Positions 9,981 through 18,669 of a DNA stretch of 64,000 bases are shown here, one piece after another. The stretch lies in contig CAIJKW010000018.1 of assembly GCA_903821355.1 (NCBI GenBank), positions 1,453-65,452 on the forward strand, read 5' to 3'. A program made the position numbers and the translations under genes. This DNA comes from an uncultured bacterium (GTDB lineage: Bacteria; Patescibacteriota; Minisyncoccia; Phycocordibacterales; CAIZLB01). Every line of letters begins with the position of its first letter. The first letter of the stretch is position 1. The notes under the pieces were generated by a model, which saw only the letters and a list, made by a program, of their open reading frames with translations, had not been told where the DNA came from and searched no databases.

Positions 9981-10223
9981 TTATTTTAGGTTAGCTTTTG
10001 GGGTGTTATTTTGAATTCCTGTAAAGATACTTTGCCAATTTATCTGTGTAAAAAGCATAAAACTTAATATGCTTAATACAATTGATCCCGCTAAAAAGAC
10101 GGTAGCAATCTTTTTGGGCCAAGATGTGATTCCATATTTAATAAGGTGGTAAACAATAAAGAATGCTCCTATCCAGTAGATAGCCAAGTATATTAGAGGT
10201 ATTGAAATCAGTATGCCTTTCAT
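9981..10223 (-). CDS. Small integral membrane protein, hypothetical
   Basis: 80 aa with 2-3 predicted TM helices; start is 2 nt from the upstream ORF stop, suggesting co-transcription. Confidence 0.35.
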   Translation of the reverse strand: MKGILISIPLIYLAIYWIGAFFIVYHLIKYGITSWPKKIATVFLAGSIVLSILSFMLFTQINWQSIFTGIQNNTPKANLK

Positions 10224-10292
10224 GTTTATAGTTTATCACACAAACATGACGTTTTGGTAGTGTCTCGATCGAGAATTTCTTATGAAATATTT

Positions 10293-10367
10293 TGGTGCTC
10301 CCGGTAGGAATCGAACCTACATTTTAACTTCCGCAAAGTCATGTCCTATCCATTGAACGACGGGAGC
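10293..10367 (-). tRNA. tRNA-Arg; anticodon reads GCG, CCA encoded, 4-nt variable loop
   Basis: Acceptor GCTCCCG/CGGGAGC, D-stem GTTC/GGAC, anticodon loop TTGCGGA, T-arm GTAGGTTCGATTCCTAC, 3' ACCA; isotype assigned by hand folding. Confidence 0.6.
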
Positions 10368-10442
10368 GTCTTTAAAGCCGTATACCGCAAACCTAACCCT
10401 TGTGAGTCATGGTGGCTTGATATAGAAAATACCACATAATCG

Positions 10443-10925
10443 TTAAAAACCCAAGCTTTCCAGTACCGCATGAGAAAAAGATTCATCCATCTCTTTTTCT
10501 AATAAATTATATAACAAGAAGTCTCTGACATCCTCCGTTTCCACTCCATCAAGTGGGATAATCAATAACGGAACCATTGTTTTTCTGGATTTTATAAAAA
10601 GTTGCGACATTCTGTCGTGCTCGCTATTATCTTGTACCCAAAAAGCCTCCAATGTTGCATATGGAAAAAGCTTGTTATTAATTCTCACCCCCATCTTGTT
10701 TAGTTCAAAGATAATAAGTTTGGGATGTCTGGAGCCAGCAATACTAAGGGTAACACCCATAACAACAAGTAATACCCCAAAGATATAATTACCAAAAATG
10801 ATTGATAGAAATGAAGCTGTGATGACTAAAATTCCAAGAGACCAATACCAGTCTTTACTTTTTTCACGATGCTCGTGCTCATAAGCTTCCCATGTTATTG
10901 ATTTTACTTGAGTATCTTCATTCAT
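10443..10925 (-). CDS. Membrane protein, hypothetical (two TM helices plus PH-like soluble domain)
   Basis: 160 aa; hydrophobic segments WYWSLGILVITASFLSIIFGNYIFGVLLVVMGV. Confidence 0.4.
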   Translation of the reverse strand: MNEDTQVKSITWEAYEHEHREKSKDWYWSLGILVITASFLSIIFGNYIFGVLLVVMGVTLSIAGSRHPKLIIFELNKMGVRINNKLFPYATLEAFWVQDNSEHDRMSQLFIKSRKTMVPLLIIPLDGVETEDVRDFLLYNLLEKEMDESFSHAVLESLGF

Positions 10926-11022
10926 GTTTGTAATGATTATACCACAAATGTTTTAAATAAAAAGATTTGTAAACATAAAGTGTCATACTTGGAATTATAT
11001 TTCTATATGCTAATCTTTAACT

Positions 11023-11697
11023 ATGAAAACCGTACTTATTACCGGGGTCTCAAAAGGGATAGGGGAGGCTTTGTTTAGAAAATTTACCAAAGAGGGGTTT
11101 TGTGTCTTGGGAACGGTGTATTCTGGAGATTCGATAAATAGAGGAGGTGAATCGTTAATCTTTAAATTGGATCTCTCATCGCCAGAGAGTATTTCTAGTT
11201 GTACCAGTGAAATTATTGCTACTGGAAAGAAAATAGATATTTTGATTAACAACGCCGGTGTTCTTTTTGACGAAGATGAAACGAGCGTCGTTGTTGATAA
11301 GCTACGCAAAACACTGGAGATTAATTTAATTGGCCCAATAGATTTTACAGAAAGACTTATTTCTTCCATTAACCCAGGTGGACATATTGTTAATATTTCA
11401 TCTTCCGCCGGCTCACTTGAAAAAGCAACACACGCAGAGAGTCATCACCCTTATCATTACCCGAGCTACAAGATATCAAAAACAGCTTTAAATATGTACA
11501 CGTGCACTCTCGCACTTAGACTTAAGGATTCAGATATTACCGTATCCTCAGTTCATCCTGGTTGGGTAAAGACAGACATTGGGGGACAAGAAGCGGACAT
11601 TACTCCAGACCAAGCGGCAGAGGGTATATTTGATGTAGCTGTGTCTAGACCTGAAACTGGTAAATTTTGGTTTGGAAAGGAAAAATTACCTTGGTAG
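11023..11697 (+). CDS. Short-chain dehydrogenase/reductase (SDR) family oxidoreductase
   Basis: Rossmann motif VLITGVSKGIGEAL, NNAG motif, catalytic YKISK (YxxxK). Confidence 0.75.
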   Translation: MKTVLITGVSKGIGEALFRKFTKEGFCVLGTVYSGDSINRGGESLIFKLDLSSPESISSCTSEIIATGKKIDILINNAGVLFDEDETSVVVDKLRKTLEINLIGPIDFTERLISSINPGGHIVNISSSAGSLEKATHAESHHPYHYPSYKISKTALNMYTCTLALRLKDSDITVSSVHPGWVKTDIGGQEADITPDQAAEGIFDVAVSRPETGKFWFGKEKLPW

Positions 11698-11765
11698 CAA
11701 AAAGAGCGACCTAGTCGCTCTTGCTTACTATTCTGCACTCTAGATGAAACTGTGTGATTGTATTG

Positions 11766-11852
11766 CGGAGGAGGTGAGATTCGAACTCACGGTCCCCGTA
11801 AAGAGACTCTTGTTTTCAAGACAAGTGCATTAGACCTCTCTGCCACTCCTCC
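11766..11852 (-). tRNA. tRNA-Ser (anticodon TGA), long variable arm
   Basis: Acceptor GGAGGAG/CTCCTCC, anticodon loop CTTGAAA, long extra arm, T-arm GAGTTCGAATCTC; 87 nt. Confidence 0.8.
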
Positions 11853-11985
11853 GTGCTTGCTATACTATCAAAGATTAATAAAAAAACAATAGTGCTAATG
11901 TTACCTGACCATCGTCGAGCCATTTTTGTGACGCTGACACGGTATTGGCTACAAACCATTCTTTTTGCTAGACTATGATTAATAT

Positions 11986-12822
11986 ATGATAGAAAATAGT
12001 ACAGAAAGCAACAAAAGGGTCGTCGGCATAGATTTTGGTTCAAAAAGGATTGGTATTGCTGTGTCTGATGAATTAGGCTCATTAGCTTTTCCTCTTACAA
12101 CCGTCGTAGGCTTTGGCCACGATACAGAGAAAAAGGAATCAAAAAAAGAGCAGGCGGAACAAGAAATTATGGAAATTTTAAAAGACAAAGATGTCAAGAT
12201 CGTCATAATTGGACATTCCGTCAATTTAAAAGGTGAAGATAATGCCATAATGGAGGATGCTAAGTGTTTGGGTAATAAATTAGAATCGAACGGCTTTAAT
12301 GTCATTTATGAGCCGGAAATGTTTTCCACAGTCCAGGCCAGAAGGTTTCAAACTGAGAACAAGCAGGTTGATGCTTCAGCGGCGGCAATTATTTTACAAA
12401 GTTATTTAGATAGAGTTAAATTTAAAAACATGAATATACAAACAGAGTTAGACAACAATAAGGAAGCAGGTAATAAAGAAGCTGAGGTTGAAAAAAGTTA
12501 CATAACAATAGATGATTTTATAAAAGTTGAAATAAGGATAGGTCAAATTTTGAGTGCAGAAAGAATTGAAGGATCTGATAAGTTATTAAAACTAGCTGTT
12601 GATTTTGGCGAAGAGTCTCCAAGGCAGGTTCTTTCTGGAATTGCAAAGCTTGTCGAAATGGAGGAAATTGTTGGAAAAAAGTTTCCCTTCGTAACAAATC
12701 TTGCCCCAAGAAAAATGATGGGTATGGAAAGTCAGGCTATGATACTGGCCGGAAGTTTTGGTGATGATCTTGCTCTGTTAAATCCTAGCAAAGACTTACC
12801 TAATGGCACAAAACTAAAATAA
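11986..12822 (+). CDS. Fusion protein: RuvX/YqgF-like putative Holliday junction resolvase (N-terminal) plus Myf/EMAP/CsaA-type tRNA-binding domain (C-terminal)
   Basis: N-terminus VVGIDFGSKRIGIAVSD (YqgF/RuvX signature); C-terminus DFIKVEIRIGQILSAERIEGSDKLLKLAVDFGEE...QVLSGIAKL matches the OB-fold tRNA-binding domain of MetRS C-terminus/Trbp111/CsaA. Confidence 0.65.
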   Translation: MIENSTESNKRVVGIDFGSKRIGIAVSDELGSLAFPLTTVVGFGHDTEKKESKKEQAEQEIMEILKDKDVKIVIIGHSVNLKGEDNAIMEDAKCLGNKLESNGFNVIYEPEMFSTVQARRFQTENKQVDASAAAIILQSYLDRVKFKNMNIQTELDNNKEAGNKEAEVEKSYITIDDFIKVEIRIGQILSAERIEGSDKLLKLAVDFGEESPRQVLSGIAKLVEMEEIVGKKFPFVTNLAPRKMMGMESQAMILAGSFGDDLALLNPSKDLPNGTKLK

Positions 12823-12877
12823 AAAGTTAAGTGGTGATAATTAATCATAACAAAACTATTTTGTTATGGTAGAATAG

Positions 12878-14008
12878 TTGTACATGTCGTACTTAGAGTT
12901 ATTTAATAAATATTTTCCAACACCACACTATTTGGAGATGTCTCATGCCGGAATAGACATCAGCTCTTCAGTAGTTCGTATGGCAGAAATAATAAGAACA
13001 TCTAAAGGTTTGAAGCTAAGGTCTCATGCAGAAGAAAAATTAGAATCTCCAATTCTACCAAATCAGTCTTTGTTATCTCATCAAAATTTGATAGAAGTTT
13101 TAAAAAAAATACAAAAAGATCACAAATTGAAGTTTGTAGAGGTCTCTATACCTGAAGAAAAAGCCTATTTGTTTACAATAGAAATATTGGATGGTTCTAA
13201 GGAGGAGATTAGAACTAGGGTTGAAATGCATATTGAGGAAAATGTGCCAATATCAATAGATGAGGCTGTTTTTGATTATCATAGAATAAAAAAGAACGAA
13301 AAGACCGGAATGCAATTTTTGGCCGTATCCGTTGTCCCATTGGCTGTTATAGAAGAATACATTGCGTTGTTTGAGTTGTGTAAAATGACCCCTATTTCTT
13401 TTTTAATAGAAAATCAAGCGCTATCTAGGGCTATAATCAAAAAAGACGATCGAGAAAACTATTTGATTGTAAATGTCAGTCACAAAAATACAGTTTTATC
13501 CATTGTTAATGATGGTGCCGTCCAATTCACATCAACAGTTTCAATTGGATCTGAAAACTTTACCAACGCGGTTGCAACTAAACTTTCTATCGATGAAAAA
13601 CAAGCTGAGTTTTTGAAGTACGACAAGGGTTTTTCTAGGAGCGATGATAACAAAGATGCATCTATCGCTTTAATTGAAACGGCAAATATTTTGGTTGAAG
13701 AAATTAAAAAAGTTTTCGTTTATTGGAATAGTATAAACAGTTTTAAGAACACAAAAACAGATTCATTAAATTTAACAGATGAGGCCGAAGCTTCTTTTGT
13801 TGGAGTCAAGAAGGTATTAATTGCAGGAAAAGAGGCTGGTATAATAGGTTTTAGGGATTTTTTGACAATATCTTTAAAAATACCCGTTGAAGTTGCAAAT
13901 GTTTGGATGAATATCATGTCTTTCGAAAATGAGATACCAGAGATTTCAATGAAAGAATCTCTAAGCTACGGCACTGCTTTTGGCCTAGCTTTATTAAAAG
14001 ACCAATAA
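12878..14008 (+). CDS. pilM: Type IV pilus assembly ATPase-fold protein PilM
   Basis: N-terminus GIDISSSVVRMAEI resembles the PilM actin-like fold; followed by PilN/PilO-like genes. Confidence 0.55.
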   Translation: MYMSYLELFNKYFPTPHYLEMSHAGIDISSSVVRMAEIIRTSKGLKLRSHAEEKLESPILPNQSLLSHQNLIEVLKKIQKDHKLKFVEVSIPEEKAYLFTIEILDGSKEEIRTRVEMHIEENVPISIDEAVFDYHRIKKNEKTGMQFLAVSVVPLAVIEEYIALFELCKMTPISFLIENQALSRAIIKKDDRENYLIVNVSHKNTVLSIVNDGAVQFTSTVSIGSENFTNAVATKLSIDEKQAEFLKYDKGFSRSDDNKDASIALIETANILVEEIKKVFVYWNSINSFKNTKTDSLNLTDEAEASFVGVKKVLIAGKEAGIIGFRDFLTISLKIPVEVANVWMNIMSFENEIPEISMKESLSYGTAFGLALLKDQ

Positions 14009-14012
14009 AACC

Positions 14013-14564
14013 ATGTTACATTTATTAAGCGATCAACAAAAAAATAAGGTAATCAAAGAGTATAGAATGAGGCTTGTTGTTGTTGTTTGTTGGTTGATTG
14101 TCTTTTTGTCTCTTGCGGGGGTTGCAATGCTTATTCCTAGTTATTTAACAGCAATCGGCAAGGTTAATTCGATCAAAAGCGAAAACCTTCAAAAAGAGAA
14201 TTCAATTCAGTCTCTAAATGCACAAAATTTTACAGAAAAAATAAAACAAGTTGATTCCGACTTAAATGCACTTAAGATTTCAGTGGTCATCTTATCGCCT
14301 AGAGAAGCTTACGATAAAATATTAAGCAGTCTTCCCGTTGGTGTTGTTGTTGGTAGATATACTTACAGCTTAATTGATAACAATATGGCTTCAATCAGTA
14401 TTGATGGAACGGCTCCTGACAGAGAAAAATTAGTAGAATTGCAAAATCAATTAAAGTTAAATCAAGAATTTACCGGAATTGATATTCCAATTACAAATTT
14501 TGCAAAGAAAAAAGATTTGACTTTTTCTCTAAAATTTAATTTAACTAAAATTACTAAAAAATAA
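14013..14564 (+). CDS. PilN-like single-pass membrane protein
   Basis: 183 aa; N-terminal TM helix then periplasmic domain; position in the pilM operon. Confidence 0.4.
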   Translation: MLHLLSDQQKNKVIKEYRMRLVVVVCWLIVFLSLAGVAMLIPSYLTAIGKVNSIKSENLQKENSIQSLNAQNFTEKIKQVDSDLNALKISVVILSPREAYDKILSSLPVGVVVGRYTYSLIDNNMASISIDGTAPDREKLVELQNQLKLNQEFTGIDIPITNFAKKKDLTFSLKFNLTKITKK

Positions 14565-14566
14565 TT

Positions 14567-15136
14567 ATGTTAAAAAGTACTATTTATACATTAGTTATAG
14601 CGATACTTTTAGCAATAACCTCAATTGCCGGGTATCTTTATTCTGTTATGTATGTTGGAAGTATGGGTAGTGATTTGGGTGACATGTACAGAAAATCTAA
14701 TGATTTAAGTAAAGAAGAGGACAGGCTTAATTCGATAAAAAGAGTCGCTCAAAACGCAGGCCAGAGAAACGCTGAACTTTCAAAGTATATAGTACCGATA
14801 GAGAATGAGGGCTCCATTGAGTTTGTGAAGACAATAGAAAATACAGCAGATAAATATGGACTTAGTTCAAATACAAATTCGATAGAAATAGTTTCCGATG
14901 ATAATTTGTCAAAAATTAATAAGGAATATCTTAGTGTTAAAATGACCATTTCTGGCTCTGATATCTCAATTGCAAATTTTGTAAAAAAGATTGAATCTAT
15001 TCCTTTTAATATTAAAATCACAAGTTACTCTTTAACAAACCTTGGTGGTGGGTCGATTGGTTCTTTAGCAAAAAATAAAAATACATTTAATAATCAACAG
15101 TTAGATTTCGGAATAATGGTTATTAAAGAAAAATAA
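14567..15136 (+). CDS. PilO-like single-pass membrane protein
   Basis: 189 aa; N-terminal TM helix and predicted coiled coil; synteny. Confidence 0.35.
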   Translation: MLKSTIYTLVIAILLAITSIAGYLYSVMYVGSMGSDLGDMYRKSNDLSKEEDRLNSIKRVAQNAGQRNAELSKYIVPIENEGSIEFVKTIENTADKYGLSSNTNSIEIVSDDNLSKINKEYLSVKMTISGSDISIANFVKKIESIPFNIKITSYSLTNLGGGSIGSLAKNKNTFNNQQLDFGIMVIKEK

Positions 15137-15137
15137 T

Positions 15138-15419
15138 ATGAAAATAGAACTAGGACAATTTGGAGACAAATTTAAAAAAGTTTATGTTTTGGGTAGTAGG
15201 CCAATTCAAGACTGGCCTAGGATAATATGCGTATGGTTTTCCATTATGCTAGGAGTTTTTATTTGGAGTTACTTCTTTTATTTTTCTGTGCAGGCGGAGT
15301 TTAAATCAGATTTTAGTACAAACTCGGAAGTGGCGCCGGTTAAAGATAAAGAATCGGAAATCAAAGATGTGGTAGATAAGTACCAAGCAAAAGAAGTGGA
15401 TTTCAATACGGGGAATTAA
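15138..15419 (+). CDS. Small membrane protein, hypothetical (pilus operon tail)
   Basis: 93 aa; one TM segment; start 2 nt after the upstream stop. Confidence 0.3.
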   Translation: MKIELGQFGDKFKKVYVLGSRPIQDWPRIICVWFSIMLGVFIWSYFFYFSVQAEFKSDFSTNSEVAPVKDKESEIKDVVDKYQAKEVDFNTGN

Positions 15420-15469
15420 AAAAGAAGGGGGCTAGTAAAATCTATAAATATCTGCTATCGTATTGTCAC

Positions 15470-15541
15470 GCTCTCGTAGTTCAATGGATAGAACTGCGGA
15501 CTTCTAAGCCGTTAATGTAGGTTCGATTCCTACCGAGAGCA
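15470..15541 (+). tRNA. tRNA-Arg (anticodon TCT)
   Basis: Acceptor GCTCTCG/CGAGAGC; anticodon loop CTTCTAA, identical to E. coli tRNA-Arg(UCU); T-arm GTAGGTTCGATTCCTAC. Confidence 0.75.
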
Positions 15542-15659
15542 CAAGAATTAAAACGCCCTTCTGGGCGTTTTAATTTTGGGCGCGAGAGCAAGCCAATTGA
15601 TTGGCTTGCGTGTGAAAATCAAGATATTCTTGATTTAAAAGAAATAAAGAGTAATATCT

Positions 15660-16855
15660 TGATTGGGCGGATTGGCTTAATCGCTAATCCAAATGGACAA
15701 ACACAAACTCGCAAAAAATATGCAAATGATGTCAGATGTTTATAAAGCGTGGGAGCTCAAGTTCAAGGGGTTGCCTGTTCCGCTGGAGACTGTGACGGTT
15801 AAGGGTCCGGGGAATGTTTGTTGGCAGTATGCTTTTGGTCAGGACTGCGAGAAGCTTGTTTGTTCAAGAGATTCTTCAGGTCATGTCAGAAAAGTTCGGA
15901 ACGAAGAGATCCTCTACCCAAGCTCGATTCATGGCAGGGCCAAAGAGCTGAGGGATATTGACGCCCTCAGTGAATATGGTTTTAACAATAAGGGTCCAGC
16001 AGACCATGTTGCCGTTGGCAAGAACGGTTCCCCAGATGTTCACAAGATCTTTGCCTTCAGTCACAGAAGATTTTCCAAATCAAAATATTCCAGAAATATC
16101 ATCAAGACGGCTGCGGAGGATCTAACGACCCTAATGCTCGCCAAGTGCATGGTTCTTCCCAAGAGTAAAAAAAATCTTCGTCAGAGCAAATGGATTTCTG
16201 GCCAAGGCTTTCAAAATACGATGGGGTGGGAATTTGCGCCGACGTTTTGTTGGATGAGGAAAGTCGGAAGTGTTACATTGATGTGGACTCAACGGTTTTG
16301 TTGGCAGTCGACGCTTTACTGATTAAGGAGCGAGACGACAAAAACGCCTTCAGTTTGATGAAGATTAATTGTGAGTTAAAAGATGGAAAAAGTGCCTTAC
16401 CCGCCCCTAAACCATCTTTACTCGTCGTCGATATAAGACGGGGAGGATTTACAAGATATCAGACGCTGACAGGCAGGAGTTTTTTGGAGACCGTGGAGGA
16501 CCACTTTTTGAGGGAATTTTCAGGATGTTGGACAACTTGGAATATGGAGGGAGAATTGAAGTTGAGGAGTCAGAGAAAAAAATCCAAGGAAAGTATTTCT
16601 TGATGACTACAAAAATGGAAACTCACTCGCATAGAAAAGCTTGTTCCACAGACTTATGTTTGAGGGATGTATCCATGGTTGCATCCCTGCTGGACAGTTC
16701 CTTGTCGTCTCTGGTTGGTGTAGCAATACATGTCAACCTGTCAGGCCTAACTTCTTTTGAGGGGGTAGAACTCCTATCAGTTGTGTGGCGTCCGCAAGGT
16801 TCTTTTGCAGCCGAGGATTGTCCTCTGTGCAAACTCAAACCTTAGCGGCAAAACG
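15660..16855 (+). pseudogene. GC-rich island 2 (about 48% GC) between tRNA-Arg and tRNA-Val: three consecutive same-strand ORFs in different frames with no recognisable domains
   Basis: ORFs 15693-16322, 16190-16603 and 16525-16845 overlap in different frames; composition differs from the host; GC-clamp terminator immediately downstream. Confidence 0.35.
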
Positions 16856-16876
16856 TTTTTAAACTAAACAACGTGA

Positions 16877-16908
16877 AAACCCGCTCGGCATCGCCGAGCG
16901 GGTTTCTC
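16877..16908. terminator. Bidirectional GC-clamp terminator serving tRNA-Val (minus strand) and island 2 (plus strand)
   Basis: cccgctcggc-atc-gccgagcggg hairpin flanked by T-runs on both strands. Confidence 0.6.
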
Positions 16909-16914
16909 TGTGTT

Positions 16915-16990
16915 TGGTGGGCGATAAGGGACTCGAACCCCTGACCTTCTCAGTGTAAATGAGTTGCTCTACCAACTGAGCTAATCGCCC
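16915..16990 (-). tRNA. tRNA-Val (anticodon TAC), CCA encoded
   Basis: GGGCGATTAGCTCAGTTGGTAGAGC...anticodon loop TTTACAC...GGTTCGAGTCC...CGCCCACCA; close to E. coli tRNA-Val(UAC). Confidence 0.8.
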
Positions 16991-17041
16991 TCATTTGCTC
17001 CAATAATATATACTATAATTGAAATAATATCAATATCAGGT

Positions 17042-17881
17042 ATGATGACGATAATGTTATCCATAATATATCAAGATAATGACGTACTGGTCATAAATAA
17101 GCCTGCTGGAATTATTGTGCACGGCGATGGTAAGACCCAAGAAAAAACCTTGGCGGATCTTGTTGCTGATGAATTTCCGAGTGTTATAAACGTAGGTGAA
17201 CCAATGGTAATTTCACATGGTCCAAATAAGGAACCTACAGTTCTCCCAAGGCCGGGTATAGTTCATAGGCTAGACAAAGAGACATCTGGAGTCATGATCG
17301 TGGCCAAGACTCAAGCCGCGCATGCAATTCTTAAAAAGCAGTTTCAAGATCATACAATAAAAAAGACTTACAATACTTTTGTTTGGGGGCTCGTAAAAGA
17401 AGATGAGGGGATAATTGACAGGTTCATAGGGAGAAGTAAAGGAGACTTCAGAAAATGGAGCGCCCAACGTTTTGCACGAGGTGATCTTCGTCATGCTATA
17501 ACTGAATACAAGGTCGTCACCAGATTTGAAGGAGATCCTGTTATGAATAGGGGAAGTATTATGGTTGGAAAGGGTAATTCAAAAATTCCGCTAGCTTTTA
17601 CTTTGCTAGATGTGTATCCCTTGACCGGAAGAACCCATCAGATAAGAGTGCATTTTAAGGCTATAAATCATCCTTTGGTAGGTGACAGCCTCTATGCGGA
17701 GAATCACCCATTCGCATTGGGGTTCTCTCGCCTGGCGCTTCACGCACGAAAGATTAAGCTGGTTTTGCCTTCCGATGCAATTATTGACGATGAAGGTGGG
17801 GTAAGCGGTAAAATAAGCGAATTTGAGGCGGAGCTACCAGCCGATTTTAAGTTGGCTACAGATAAGGTGGTCTTAAAATAG
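17042..17881 (+). CDS. RluA-family pseudouridine synthase
   Basis: VLVINKPAGIIVHG, catalytic HRLDKETSGVMIVAK, and HQIRVH motifs. Confidence 0.8.
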   Translation: MMTIMLSIIYQDNDVLVINKPAGIIVHGDGKTQEKTLADLVADEFPSVINVGEPMVISHGPNKEPTVLPRPGIVHRLDKETSGVMIVAKTQAAHAILKKQFQDHTIKKTYNTFVWGLVKEDEGIIDRFIGRSKGDFRKWSAQRFARGDLRHAITEYKVVTRFEGDPVMNRGSIMVGKGNSKIPLAFTLLDVYPLTGRTHQIRVHFKAINHPLVGDSLYAENHPFALGFSRLALHARKIKLVLPSDAIIDDEGGVSGKISEFEAELPADFKLATDKVVLK

Positions 17882-17918
17882 GGATAATTGCAAAATGACA
17901 ACATAAGGTCGTGTTGAT

Positions 17919-18473
17919 TTGCAAAAAGCCTGCATCTCTGCTATATTGCTCCCTATGACAGCAGCTAAAAAAACAGCAACAAAGACTCCCGTGGTGGCTA
18001 AAACAGATGCTACTAGAAAGGATTTTGATATGCGCGTAGGGGATACCGTTAAGGTATACCAAAAAATTCAAGAAAAGGGTAAGACTCGTCTTCAGGTTTT
18101 TGAAGGTCTTGTTCTTGCAAGAAAACACGGAAGTGAAGCTGGCGGTACTTTTACCGTTAGAAAAGTTTCTGGCGGATATGGAGTAGAAAGAATCTTTCCA
18201 TTGTTTTCACCCAATATTGATAAAATAGAAGTTACAAAACGTGCCAAAGTTCGTCGTGCTAAACTTTATTATATTAGAGACAAGGCAGCTAAGGAAATAA
18301 GTAAGAGAATGAAAATGGAAATGACAAAGCGTGATTCATCTCATCTAACAAAGGCAGAGGCGGCAAGACTAGAGGCAGAAGAAGCTGCGGCTGAAGCAGC
18401 AAACGCAGTAGCTGAGCCAGAGGTTGTAGCCGAGGTTGCAACTCCGGAGGTTGTGGAAACTGCAACTGAATAA
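17919..18473 (+). CDS. rplS: 50S ribosomal protein L19 with an Ala/Glu-rich C-terminal extension
   Basis: Core [66 protein letters not shown] matches L19; true start may be an internal ATG (MTAAKK). Confidence 0.8.
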   Translation: MQKACISAILLPMTAAKKTATKTPVVAKTDATRKDFDMRVGDTVKVYQKIQEKGKTRLQVFEGLVLARKHGSEAGGTFTVRKVSGGYGVERIFPLFSPNIDKIEVTKRAKVRRAKLYYIRDKAAKEISKRMKMEMTKRDSSHLTKAEAARLEAEEAAAEAANAVAEPEVVAEVATPEVVETATE

Positions 18474-18494
18474 ACTATTTCAAATAAGATATCA

Positions 18495-18528
18495 AAAAAC
18501 AAGACCAGCAAAAGCTGGTCTTGTTTTG
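18495..18528 (+). terminator. Rho-independent terminator after rplS
   Basis: caagaccagc-aaaa-gctggtcttg followed by TTTTGT. Confidence 0.6.
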
Positions 18529-18557
18529 TATGCACCTTTTGTGCATAATATGTTTAA

Positions 18558-18641
18558 GCGCGAGTGTTGAAACTGGTAGACAAGCACCCTTGAGGTGGGT
18601 GTGCCCGTAAGGGTGTGGAGGTTCAAGTCCTCTCTCGCGCA
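18558..18641 (+). tRNA. tRNA-Leu (anticodon GAG), long variable arm
   Basis: Acceptor GCGCGAG/CTCGCGC, anticodon loop TTGAGGT, long extra arm, T-arm GGTTCAAGTCC. Confidence 0.75.
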
Positions 18642-18669
18642 CATTAAAAAGTATTGCCTGTCGATATTC

